DNA of 64,000 nt. It comes from Lama glama. Taxonomy: Eukaryota. Below, one piece after another: positions 51,716 to 64,000 of this stretch (positions within the stretch are counted from its first letter, which is position 1; every line of letters begins with the position of its first letter). The stretch covers positions 84,756,001 through 84,820,000 of the forward strand of contig CM052816.1 of assembly GCA_028534125.1 (NCBI GenBank). The letters are read 5' to 3'. Under the pieces are notes generated by a model. The model was not told the DNA's origin and made no database searches. It was given only the letters and a program-made list of their open reading frames with translations. The position numbers and the translations under genes were made by a program.

Positions 51716-54199
51716 CACCATATTGCTGTATCCATACTAGTAATACACTTATTTAGTGTGCATATTGTATTAGGGTTACCATGGATTTTTGTACATCCTA
51801 TGTTTAAGGGAATAATACGATTGAAAATGCTGAAATTTAAATAAAATGTCTTCAATTTGCCTCTGTAAGTAGCATATTTTTGGTGATGAACATATTTGAG
51901 CAAAATATATTAAATGTGCCTTAAAATGATGATAGAATTTTTAAACAGCTCCAGTGTAAACACTTTAGTTGTATTTAGTCCTCCATAAAACTCTTTCCAT
52001 GCATCACTGATTTATAGAGAGTTGTCACAAACAGCATAGGCCTGTGTGTTAAAAGCACACGCCCTTTTTTGGTGATTGCCCTCAGATTCAACAGACTAAT
52101 GATTGTAATAATCAGCCATCCTGATTTTCAACTGCATGGTCTTAGCTATTCTGCTATTTCAGGCTTGTTCCTCAGTCTAAATCATTAATCTCTTTAGGAC
52201 TCATTATTGCCTCTTTTTAGGCATATTGATATGCATTCAATTTTTGCTCTGCCCCTTTTCTAGCATGTGTTTTTCATAGCAAAGTATTCTTGTTGATTGA
52301 TGTGAGGGCGTGTTGTCGTACTACTTCACCTTAAATACCTATTTTCCCTCACCAAATCTCCTTGAGTCCACTCTTTTAAATGCTTTCACCACTTATATGT
52401 CTTTGTAATGTCCTTCTATGTAAGATCAGGTACAGTGGGTTGACTGTATTTTCTAGGGCAAATTAAAAATCCATTTGTTCAGCTTGACTTATGCTTACTG
52501 ACAGCTCTGTGTATTTTTCACTGTGATGTGAATACATGAAGGACACAGGATAAAAACTGACTGCATTGTACTCCATCTGCATTGTGAGGTAAATGTGATT
52601 GGAGCAATTACTACTGTCTAAGTTTTTATTCCTTTTTTCATTAAGGCTGTTATCATGCCAGGGACAAGGATAAATAATACCCAATACCTGGTTTTTATTA
52701 GTTTCTGTCTTTGTTAAATGTGAATGACATGGAAGGCAATAAGCAAGGCTATAAAAACTCATAAATAAAACATTAGCACTTTTTTTAATAGTGCAGGTGT
52801 AAATGTCACTAATGAAGAAAATAAATATATGATGCTAATTACGTTGGTATGTCTAAGTGTAAAATATGAAAGGAAATGTAGTGCTTGACAAGAATGAAAA
52901 CAGGAAATCAAATATATATATTTTTTTCCTAGTAAATACTCATTTTCTTTCACTTGTCACATAAGAGTAGGTTGTAGTACTGGTTGGACTGTGTGTTAGA
53001 CCTGTTTTATAGGGTGATATTCTAAGCACAGTAAGTCACGCATGGCTATTATAACTTCAGCAGCTGGCCCCACACTGATATATACAGAGAGACCCTACGT
53101 CCTAGAATATGTTTTTCTCTCTGCTTCTTCTGTCAAATACTCAGCACACAGTACATGCTTCATTAGGACTTCCTATCCTTTTCTTCTGTAAATGTAACAA
53201 TTACTTTTTTTCTTAGGATAGGAAAAGCCAAGTGTGTTAGAATTATATTTAACCAAGTATAAATAGACCAGGAATTAATATTTAAAAAGACGCTTGATAA
53301 AGTTTATGAACTATAAACAAAGTTTTTAAAAACTGTATTTGCTCTTTTGTTTTGTTTGTTCCTCTACTTGGTCTAGAAAGAAAAAGTCCATGTTGAAGTT
53401 CATGTTTGCTTTTGGGTGTCTCATTGTTTTCACTGGTGTGGGGTGGGAAGACAGACTACCACCTCACGCATATACAGAGTAGAGAGCCACACAGAGAACA
53501 GATTCTAAGAATTCCTCAAGATTAATTCTGAAAATCATTCACTCTTCTCTGATCGTCGAATGCCACTGTATCCAGAAAACCAAACCAAACAAAAAGCCCA
53601 AGGAACCTGAGTGTGATTCCGCTTGCTTTGTAAATTTATGCTTTGTCTTAGATGCAGCAATTGTTAAAATTGAGAGGTTTAGCCCATATATAATTGTGAG
53701 ATCCTGTTTTAGAGATGGATAATATTTGGATCAGAGGTGGTAATTGACTCTTCTAATTTCACATGGTCACTGAGTCTCAAAATCAGAATTCAAACTGGAA
53801 TTCAACACAACACTTTGCATTCAAACCTCAATGCCTGTATATCCCAAGGGATTCGAGCCCAGACCTATGTCCTAAGAAATACGCCCACTTACCGAGATGT
53901 GGCTTCTCAACACATCCATTTGGATGATGCAAACACATCTGTATTCTAAATTGCTAACAGTCAGTCTTCAATTTGTACTTTTTTTTTCTTAAAATCATTT
54001 GTTTATTTTTATTTGAGAAAATCTAAGAAAAGTGAGAACAGAAAGACCAGATGTTTTAAGTTTTTCATGTAAAATGTTCTAAATTTTTTAAATTTGTATT
54101 TAATATTTATAATTAAAATGATTCAAAATTCAGGAGTTTTTACAAATTGAAATTTACAAATTAAATTATTGGTATAAAAGTTCAATTTGTACATATTTC

Positions 54200-54985
54200 A
54201 ATGAATGACACACCATGTAATCAGTTTCTTAAGCCTGGAACTGGCCTTCATATTTCACAACTTTTTCTTCCCTGCTCACTGCATCCAGCCTATCACTTTG
54301 TCCTGTACCTCTACTGACAGATATTTCTTATATTCATTCACATTTATGTATCACCATTGACATCACTGATTACTAGAAACACTTTCCTCCTCTCTCTCAC
54401 AGCGGCCCAGATACTGCAGTGCCTGCCAACAGCTCTCCACAGACACCATCTTCTCTCCCTTCCATCATTTCTTCACACTGTAGTCCAATGATTTAAAGCC
54501 TGGAATACCAAATCCATTTCATTCTGCAACACTCTTCTCCTCATTTTTGATAGTTTAACCACTCTAGATTTCTTTAAGTCTCTCAAAGGAACCCCACTAA
54601 CTCCTGTTACAGGGTCTCTGCATGGCTGTCCTTTGACCTGGAAAGGTGTTTACCACGAGAAACTTACTTAGCCCTTGTCTACATCTATTCATTTTTCTTC
54701 TTTAATTTCAAATATTATTTCCTTAAAATACCATTCACTGAGCTTCAAATTAATACAAACTTCATTCTACTTTGTAGCACAGCAAAAAGATTCTGCTTTA
54801 TAGTATTTTCAATTGTAATTGAGTATTTACTTGTATGATTACTTAATGTCTTCCCTACTTTGTGTACAAATCTATTTTATGAGGAAAATGAACATGTCTG
54901 ATTTTTCTCATTGTTACATCCTGTGGGTCTCATGCACTGTCCAGGATAAATTATTTAATAAATAAATATATGTTAAGGGACTGAA
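54200..54985 (+). mobile_element. L2 3' portion
   Basis: Pyrimidine-rich L2 blocks (CAGGGTCTCTGCATGGCTGTCCTTTGACCTGGAA) ending AATAAATAAATATATGTTAA. Confidence 0.7.
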
Positions 54986-55149
54986 GTCACGTTTCATGCT
55001 AAAGTTAATGTTTCCATTTTATATTACAATGTAACCTAATTATGTGTAAACATCAAGCTAGAAATGTCATTTTCTAACTGATTATTTTGAAAGTTTTAAC
55101 TTTGAATAAATTTTGAAGAAATACAATGAAAACCAGCATAATTTTTATA

Positions 55150-55365
55150 AAATTTATTATTTTTTTGGCATTTTGCCATGTTTGCTTCATCTAGATTTCA
55201 TTCTCTCTCATTCTTTTCTTTTTTCTTTTCTGAATCACTGGAAAGTAAGTTCTACATAGCATAACATGAACCCTTATCCCTAATTAACTCAACATCTATT
55301 TCTTAAGAACAAAAACATTCTTATCCACATCCTAAATAGCATGATCACATCCAAGATATTTAAAA
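55150..55365 (-). mobile_element. L1MC4/5-like 3' UTR fragment
   Basis: TTTTCTGAATCACTGGAAAGTAAGTT..CCCTAA..TTTCTTAAGAACAAAAACATTCT. Confidence 0.65.
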
Positions 55366-56369
55366 ATAGGTGACGATCTCTTGAAGGTTATAATAAAATA
55401 ATTCATAAATGCTTCTGAATTTTATTATAAATTTGTTATGTGATAAGATATGTAAAATGCCTAGCATTGTATCTGTCACAATATCCTAGAAAATGAATTT
55501 GATAGTTTATCTTTCTACAAAGATTCTAAATGTTAAACAGGGATTCAAACTGAGGCCTTTGGAACTCCAAAGGACATGTAATACTCTACCATACCATGAA
55601 AAATCTTGATCATATTAGTGACATTGTGGAAATTAGACAGTAATTCTGAGGGTTTAAATAGACAATGTAATGTGAAGGCTTTCTATGTACATTTGAATGC
55701 CAAGTGGATGATAGGAGATGCTCCCAATGTATTAAGAAATTTTCTTCTCTAAGATTGGCTCTGTTACTATATGTGGATATATATTTTTTTTCTGAGCTCA
55801 TTATGGTATGACAATCACTGATAGCTTCTATAGATAGAAACAGAATATTAAACTTTGTGTAACACTTCATTCCAGCCATATTGTTGCAAGGTTTTACTTC
55901 TTCGAAAAAAAATTATTGTATTAAAATATTTAGTGATCAGTTCTGGAAGAGCATTGAGCAGACTTGACCAGGAGATATTTTAGTCAAAAAGGAGCCCTTC
56001 ATTTCAAATCATATTGCCTGAAAGAACTGTTGTTCCTGCCATTCATGGGATATTGCCAGTTCCATAATTCATAGAACTTAACGCCTTGATAAAATGCATA
56101 GATTTCTACCAGAAAAACATATATCCAAGCATATGTCACTCCTTTACAGCAAGTCTCTGAGGAAGAAGTTGAGAATATGTCAAGTGTATATTTACTACCC
56201 CACCCTTAGCAAGCAGAAATGGTCTCTACTCAGAAAGAAAACAAAAAAGATAAGCTGCAAAAGCAGAAAGAGAAGGTGACTATGGAGAAACATCTAATGA
56301 GAAAGAGAAGAAAAATTCATAGAATCAGATTAGGAACTCATAAGCATATGAGTATAGAATTGAAGGCTA

Positions 56370-56485
56370 TTTCTGGGCCAAACGTGATTTCTGAAGGGCC
56401 GCAGCAATACTGTTTTTATAAATTTGTATTCTTTTTCTTAAAGGAGGGTTCCCTAACTTTTATGAGCTTCAGGTCCAACAATAGT
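56370..56485 (-). mobile_element. MER53-like hAT element fragment
   Basis: TTTGTATTCTTTTTCTTAAAGGAGGG..TATGAGCTTCAGGTCCAACAA. Confidence 0.6.
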
Positions 56486-56804
56486 TATATATTCCTATAT
56501 CAGACTTTAAAAATATTAATAGGGAAATTGAGAAGAGTCATAATTACTGGACACATTGAATTGATACTTAGAGAGATATTTCACAAAAAAAGCACATTTT
56601 TAAAAATAATGTAAACCACAGTTAAGAAGCAGAGATATAGAGTGAATATTCAAGATAACTAATATAAAAATGTGAAGCTTATGAAATGTCAGACAAAAAA
56701 AGAACAGAATTAAAAGAAGTATCACATTTACAATATAAGAAATTTTCTTAACTTGTACAAACTTTGTCCCTACAGACAGAAAGTGGATAGTGAGTACTAG
56801 CAAT

Positions 56805-57000
56805 ATTTAATTCATTAATTGAATAAAATCTTACTGAGCATCTTCAATTAGTCAAGCAGAATACTAAGCACAAGGGATTCATCAATAGATGAGAGAAGCC
56901 AGGCTGCTCTTCTCACAGGGTTTAAAGAAGTCAGGGGAGGCATACAGTAAATGAATAAAAATATCATTGCACAAGATCATTTCAGGTCAGTATATATCCA
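56805..57000 (-). mobile_element. L2 3' end
   Basis: TTCATTAATTGAATAAAATCTTACTGAGCATCT..CTAAGCACAAGGGATTCATCA. Confidence 0.65.
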
Positions 57001-57096
57001 AAATATGAAAAAGTGGAATGAAATGGCCACAAGTGGTTGGGAGTATGACTAAATATAATGCTGAAATTATATGATCACTAAGCATATAGAAAATGT

Positions 57097-57544
57097 ACAG
57101 CTACATGGAAAATAATGTAATTAAAATATTCTCTAACACCATATACCTTATACAAAAACAAACTCAAAATAGATTAAAGGCAAAAATACTAAGACCAGAT
57201 ACTACAAAACTCCTAGAGGAAAACATAGACAGGACACTCTTTGACATAAATTGTGGCAATTATTTTTTTGGATCAGTCCCCCAAAGTAAAGGAAATAAAA
57301 GCAAAAGCAAACAAATGGGACCTGATTAAACTTAAAAGCTTTTTTGCACAGCAAAGGAAACCACTGACAAAATGAAACCATTGACTTACTGAATGGGAGA
57401 AAATACTTGTAAATATGACCAGAAAGGGATTAATACCTACCATATACAGGCATTGTATACAACTCAACATCAAAGACAAACAAACAAAGAAAACCCAAAA
57501 AACTGATTAAAAAATGTGCAGAAGAACTGAATAGACATTTTTTC
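57097..57544 (+). mobile_element. L1 ORF2 fragment, frameshifted, lacking a 3' UTR
   Basis: RPDTTKLLEENIDRTLFDIN and AAATGGGACCTGATTAAACTTAAAAGCTT (KWDLIKLKS). Confidence 0.92.
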
Positions 57545-57899
57545 TTTTATGTTGTATTTTATATTTTATATGGAAAATTTCTTAATTTTTCTTTAAGGGC
57601 ATCATAGTATAGTATACCAGATCACTTTAATCTAGTTGCAATATTTTGTTTTTAGAGTTTTTATGTACCACATATTAATTCAGAACAAAACTTATTTTAT
57701 AAAATAAATATTTCTCATGGTTGAATTGAGAAAAAAATCTGTGCTATAGAGTAACTATTTAAGGTGATAAGTTCACCTACTTCCTGTTTTTTAAAAATTT
57801 TATTCACATTTATGTCAGGTTGATATTTTAAATCACATTGTGTATCTAATTAAATTGATTAATTAAAAAATATTGGGTAAGACTAACATTACTGAACAT

Positions 57900-58960
57900 G
57901 AAAAAAATTGGTATCATGAAAACTCAGGTGACTCATTTAAAAACTATAACAGAGAATTTGATGAACTTGCTGAAAAAAATAAATATATAGAATTGCTATT
58001 TTACTGGCCATAATTACCCAGAAATGGAACCTCTTTAAAAATTGTATTCACAGTAGTAACAGAAATCCATAAAATTACTTAGGAATACAATTTACAAAAA
58101 TAGATAAGCTGTTCACAAATTTAAAAAAACTACTAAAATTATTAAAATGCAGTAAAATCCAGAATAGAGGGGAACAACTAGTATTTCTAGAAATTTTAAC
58201 ATTGAAAGGTGTAATTTATAAATATAACATATTAACAAAATCCAAAATGTTAGAGAAAAATTTTTAATATTTATGTAGCAGAATGAATTTCAAGAACTGA
58301 AGGTATTCTTTTGAAAATAATAATTGAACTTCAGAGAAAAATTTTACAATGTTCAGTAGAGTGGATATTTATAGTCTACAATCCAACAATTCCATTTCTA
58401 GAATATAATACAGAGATATTTTCTTAGAAAAAAACTATGAGACATAAAAGAATACTTAAAACATAAGTAAGAATATGTTTGTAAAATCATTATGTTGGAA
58501 ACAAAGTTATTTCAATCAAAAAAGAAAGAATAAATAAATTGTGAGTGTATTTATTCCAATAAATACTTTGCAGAGATAAATATATATAAATTTGACCACA
58601 TTGATGAATAGTATAAATCTGGTATTAAATGCTAAAAACAAACAAACAAAACTAAAACAAAACAAAATAACAAAAAAAAATGCTGAAAACAGTTTCCAGG
58701 AAAATACAAATGGTATATTTCTTCCATAAAGTTTAAAATATGAAAAACAATACCATATAATGTTTACATATATATTTAATTATTTGTATTATAACATATT
58801 CAGAAATGCATGAGAATAAGAAGCATCAAATTCAAGATAATGGTTATCTCCATCAAAAGCAGTTTATGCAATAAACAAGGATTGCAAAATTGTCTTAGAC
58901 TGACTTGGTGATTTTTTTTTAACTGAATGGTGGTTACACAGATGTTTCTGGAAATAATTT
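57900..58960 (+). mobile_element. Ancient L1ME-like ORF2/3' remnant
   Basis: TACTTAGGAATACAATTTACAAAA, CCAACAATTCCATTTCTAG, CAAATTCAAGATAATGGTTATCTC, GGTGGTTACACAGATGTT. Confidence 0.6.
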
Positions 58961-60149
58961 AACAAAGTTCTAGAGGTCTTAAATATAGATTCCTCCTAAG
59001 ACATCTCTGTAGGATAAACACATATTCCTCTGTAGAATATACATATATTCCTTTTTCTCTCATTTTTCAACCTGATGCTCTGTGATAGTGATTAACAGCT
59101 GGGAATGGAGATGACTGAAATGGGCAACTGGAAAACCAAAAGCAGATTTCATTTATGTGCTTAAATCAAATCTTTTGATAATGATTGCAACATGATATGA
59201 AATGCTTATTGCTAGTGAATCATTGTTGGTCAGAAGAATATTGGGCTATGAAAAAAAGCTTCTTGATTTTCTTTTAATAAGAAATAGCTGTAAGACAGCT
59301 CTGGCAAATCAAAAATTTGGAATAGAGCAGCATAGTAACATTCTTGATTGCCCCTTCCCAAGACTGGATCCCCTTAGTAAGGTACTCAATAAAGCCGAAC
59401 CTAATGGAATAAGTGCACAGGCTTGAATAAACAAGGGCTTCTTCTTTTTGTAAGTCTTTTAACAAAGATGTGGATTAAAAGATAAATGATGCAAGGATAG
59501 GGAAGTATCCAGCTTTACAAAAGAGCGGATTCGTTCTTTGAGGACGAAGCCCTCAGTACAAAGGCTCTCACATACTAGACGCTTTCATCACCTTTTCACA
59601 TCAGTTTTTTCCTTCTTGCGTATAATTAAGGTACATTTCCATTTACATTTTTTTAAAGCAAAATCCTTGAAAAGCTGTTTGAAATTAAGAAAGAGGGTTA
59701 CGGGGGAATTGGCAGACCCATTAAGAAAGAGAATAGAAAGATAAAAATAACTTCACATTATAATAACAGGAATGATTTTAAACATCAGCATGTCTAGACA
59801 TAGAGTTGATTTAAGAGGAAAAACATGAATACTGCATTTCTATCTCATCTAGTTGTATACCGCCTCATACTTTCCTAAGTGAGGACATTCCTTGCTGTGC
59901 CTCAAATCTAAGGGAGAAAATGAAATAAAATATAAGATAAATATAATATTATAGTTTATAGACTCCTTCAAGCATTGGAAAGGAGCTTAGGTATGATTTA
60001 ACCAAATCTTTCAGGAAAATTGGGGCACAGAAAAAATTTGCACATATTTATGAGAGAAAAGTCAGTCATTCTGAGTCAGGGATTAACATGTAGGACTGCT
60101 AGCCCTTGTTAGGTGACTTTTTTGTTTATATGAAGAAAAAAATAATAAA

Positions 60150-61430
60150 GCCATTCACTTATCTAGTTGAATAACAAGTTTATTAGACACACCTTATTAA
60201 TCAGATATTTTCCAAGGACTGAGGATAGAGTTGAGAACAGGACATGTTCCCTGTTGTGATATAGTTTAGATTCTAATGGGGAGACATAATTAAAATATGG
60301 GAAAAAAGGATAAAAAGTGATCAATTAAAATGGTAACACACAGAATAAAATGAGTAAATGTGGTATCACCCGACAAGGTGATATTTGAGGTATGTCTTGA
60401 ATAACAAAGGTTTTGCTTCATGAAGAAATAGGTTAAGAACATTTCAGGCAGAGAGACTCGAGACTCTCAGATTTGAAAAGACAGAATGAATTTTAGTTAC
60501 CCAAGATACAAAAAGCCATTGGCATATTTTAATCAAGACAGCTACAAGATTTGGCCACTGGGAATAAATTGATCTATAGAGGGGCAATAATGGAATCAAA
60601 GTAATCAGTTATAAGTCTATTGCTTTAGTTCAGACAATATAAAACAGTGCTTTGGTGAAAGTGCCGGCCATTAAAAAGGGGTATCATTGGATATTTATGT
60701 TTATACTTTGAGCCTAGACCTAACAAATATTCAAAATAAACAATGTGAGCTGTGAGAAATAAGATGAACTAAAAGTGAATTCCAAGTTTTTGGCTTGAGC
60801 TACTGAGTGGGCTGTGACATCCTTAAGGAGAGAAAGAACAGGGCTATGGTATGTAAGAGTTGGGAATTCACAATTGGACATGTTGCATTTAAGAAATGTA
60901 TGGGACAACAAGATAAAGATGTCAAGGAGTTCATCGGATAGATAAGTCTGGAGTTCAAAGCACTCTTCTTATTAAAGGGATAAATGTGAAGGCATATATA
61001 TATGGATGCTATTCAAAGCCATGTGGCTAAAGGAGTTTTACCCTAGTGAGACTACAGAGAAACAGGGGCAGTATAAATTCAAGCTCTGGGTAACTGTAGC
61101 CCAGTGAAGAGAAAGCAGCAAATGCAACTGAGAAGAAATGTCCTGTGAGGCTGTAAGAAAATTCCAATACTATGATGTCACAGAAGACAGGAAGTAAATG
61201 TGTTTCAAGAAGGTAGTCAGTTCCATTAAATGACACAGATAGGTCACATAAGATTTAAAAAAAAAAAGTCTTACATCCTTCAGATTTGTCATATTGTAGG
61301 TCACTGTTGACTTTGACAGGAGCAGTTTTATAATAAAGGTTGGAGGAACATTCTATGAAATTGTATACGATGCTAGTTAAAAAAGGGGAAAGAACTGAAA
61401 CAATCTGAAGGAAAGAAGGTTGAGAAATAT
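60150..61430 (-). mobile_element. Long L2 3' portion
   Basis: AAGGTGATATTTGAG..TCCAAGTTTTTGGCTTGAGC..TTGGACATGTTGCATTT..GGTCACTGTTGACTTTGACAGGAGCAGTTT. Confidence 0.85.
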
Positions 61431-64000
61431 TCTTAATAGGTTTCATCTGGCTTGTACTAACTTTCATGATTTGAGAAATTTCAGTGGCATTTTCAATGAG
61501 GAAAATCTGGCCCTATATAATTAACCTGAGGAATTCATCTAGGCAAAAAGGTTAACGCTGACAGAAATGAAAGTTAAATCATTACTATTCAAGTGAAATA
61601 AATAGTCCTGCTTCACTGTGTAAAATGATTACCTCAAAAAATGATGTATGAAGTGAGTCTGCTGGTTAGGGAGAACATTACATGGTTGATTACATGATAT
61701 GTAAAATTACCCAGTACTTTAGAATAATAGGTAAGAATCCTGCTTCATTTCTATTTTATTTTTCAATCTATTTAAAAATATATTGCTTTTTAAATTTATT
61801 TTCTTCTTGAAATATATCAATGTTTAGACAGGCATTTCTAAGATTTAAGTCACTCTAGAAATGAAATACACCGTAGGATTTTTTTTTTAACAATTCCAGA
61901 TATTCTTTACATAAGTTACTTACCCTGCAGTCAGTTGTATAGTTAATTGGCTAGTTCTTCTTCTGTTTTTAAGATAGTTTTATTTTGATTGGTAAAGCCA
62001 TCATAGCGTTTTGAGAATACAAACTGTGTCAATTATATTCAAAGAGTCTAAAAGATACCCTTAAAGAATAAATAGGACTCGAACTTTATTCTGCAGTTAA
62101 ATACAGTGTTAACTAATTCATTAGCTAACATTGTTGGCTGGAGTAGGGAATATTGAGCCACTAACAACAAAAACAAAGTGGCTGTTGATAATGATTCAAG
62201 CTTACCTTGAAATGGAACTCCAACTAATTGTGGGTGCTAATTTTAATAAGAGCAATTTATATTTTTGATGCAATGAAGCTTTTCCCCTTTCTATGGTAGG
62301 CATTTTTTTCCCATACTAGGAGAATACTATATCGAAGGTATGTTCATTTAGAAACAACATACATCCAACCCCAGAATCATCAGCATTGCATGGTATGATG
62401 TAAAAGATTCTTAGGAACATCAAATTAATTAATTAGAATTCCTACTCTCTTTGTTCCTATAGGGTCTAGGGGAGACAACTGCAGTATAGCTTTCAAAAAT
62501 GAGGTTAAGCATTACTCTGATTTATAGTCTTGCTTTGTTGTCTTCAGAAAAGCCTGTGCTCATTTTGTTTTTAATAATAGTGGTTTGACTTACTTCAAAA
62601 CAATTGAGGGATTTTTTTTATCACTTCAAAGAAAGGCATATTTCCTAACATCTATTTTTAGTGTAAGATAATCAACTCTAAGATCTTCAAATGGGTTTGT
62701 TTGTTATCTGTAACAAATTCATGAGTTAGGGCATATGATTTTAGAATAGAAACCTATAGAGTTAAAAGCAGAGAATTGAAATACTACCCATTTAAAGGTG
62801 GACTCCAACTGCTCATAATTGTTTGTGAATACAGAAAGTGAGAATAAGGAAGAAAAAGCCCTAATATTTCAGATTCATTTTCATGATCCATTGGCCAGCT
62901 GCTACAAGGAGAATCATTAATGAAGCATGTGGTTTCGTGCTGTTTGGCCCCACAGCATGAGCCATGCTTCACCTTATGGTCACATTCTTTACTCGGTCCT
63001 AACATCAAAAAAGGTCCGTGTGTTTTGAACACATTAAAATAAGATATGTACATATTATTCAGCTTTCTTTGAAAATCACTGACAGCTACCACACCATTTG
63101 CAAGAGTGACAGCGTTCAGCGAAGCATTGTTCTGTGAAATAGAGTGCAGAATCACACAGTGTGAAAGGAAAAAATGTAAAAATTAAAAGTTTTCCGGAAG
63201 CTATTATTTAGTAAGGTTTTGTTAAGGAGTTAATACTGTAACAGCTCACCTGTAATTTTTGTTTCTTCTGAGAAAAATTGGCTTTTGCAAACAATCAGAT
63301 TGTAGTATTTATTATATGTTTTTGATGCTCCCATCATTTGCTAGTTTTGCATTGCATTTCTTAGGACTGCAGAAAACTATGCGGTCTTTGACATTACAGC
63401 TTACAATTGAGTGTTGACAGCATAACAATGAGATTTTCTTACGAAGGTTATTCTTACAAGCATTTAAAAATAGGAATTCATAAATGCACTTTAAGTTCTG
63501 GCTTGTCAAAAGTAAACAGCACTGCTTTTTCTTAGGCTAACCTACTGGTTACAGAGATTGCTTAGTTGACTTGAGGAGTGTGAATATGGAGCTCATTTTT
63601 TTTTTCTCTGCATCTTGTCTTGGTCTTGAAATTGAGATTGATTTTCAGATGCAAACAATTTGTAGAATTCCATCTGTGAATACTAGCTGTCATTAAAAGA
63701 TGAGTCTGTATCCTATGTTTATCTACTAAAACATGCCTTAACTCAGAATGTTTAACGTAAGTTAGAAAAGCCATTAAGTGTGCTTTCTGACATTATTTAG
63801 TTCATAGAGTTTGTTCTATGAATAATACATTGTGCATATAAGGAAATTAGAGAAATATAGTAACACAGAGGGCCACACTCCTGGCACTAGCTGAGTTAAA
63901 ATTATAGCCGAAGCACTTTCCTGGATATTGTGGATATAAGATAAACTCACTGTAGTTATCAAATGTTATATAAAGCATAATGGTAGTTTTAAAAATCCTT

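Noticed and set aside
1343..63774. Short ORFs of 60-131 aa in the supplied track as cellular genes
   Set aside because: Low-complexity F/L/I/K-rich translations, many inside repeats or with non-ATG starts. Only the pol, env and L1 ORF2 fragments resemble real proteins, and those are decayed.
1..64000. CRISPR arrays, operons or other prokaryotic systems; inferring host-gene strand from repeat orientation
   Set aside because: The sequence is mammalian with no regularly spaced repeat-spacer array; L1 and LTR orientations are mixed, so strand bias is inconclusive.

Overview
AT-rich, CpG-depleted placental-mammal DNA, either intergenic or deep intronic. I found no CpG island, no recognisable cellular protein-coding exon and no RNA gene. 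Most of the explainable sequence is fossil transposons: L1, L2, MIR, MaLR/ERVL/ERV1 LTRs, and hAT and Tigger DNA elements. Family names come from my recollection of consensus sequences and need RepeatMasker/Dfam confirmation; repeat boundaries are approximate. A cetartiodactyl-type L1 3' end and no recognisable ruminant, pig or whale SINEs suggest a camelid (inference). The most structured locus is a ~2.7 kb composite ERV1 remnant at 10197-12930, inserted in a MIR. It consists of a MER34-like LTR, a second nested LTR, the integrase C-terminus, an internally deleted and stop-interrupted gamma-type env, a PPT, and a third, dissimilar LTR. Other points of interest: a long L2 that retains endonuclease and RT motifs and is split by three MaLR LTRs; a possible twin-primed L1; and repeat-free blocks, one of which (62.8-63.5 kb) has a long hairpin and a candidate 18-nt minus-strand microexon. 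I see no convincing novel multi-gene system; the findings are leads, not discoveries.
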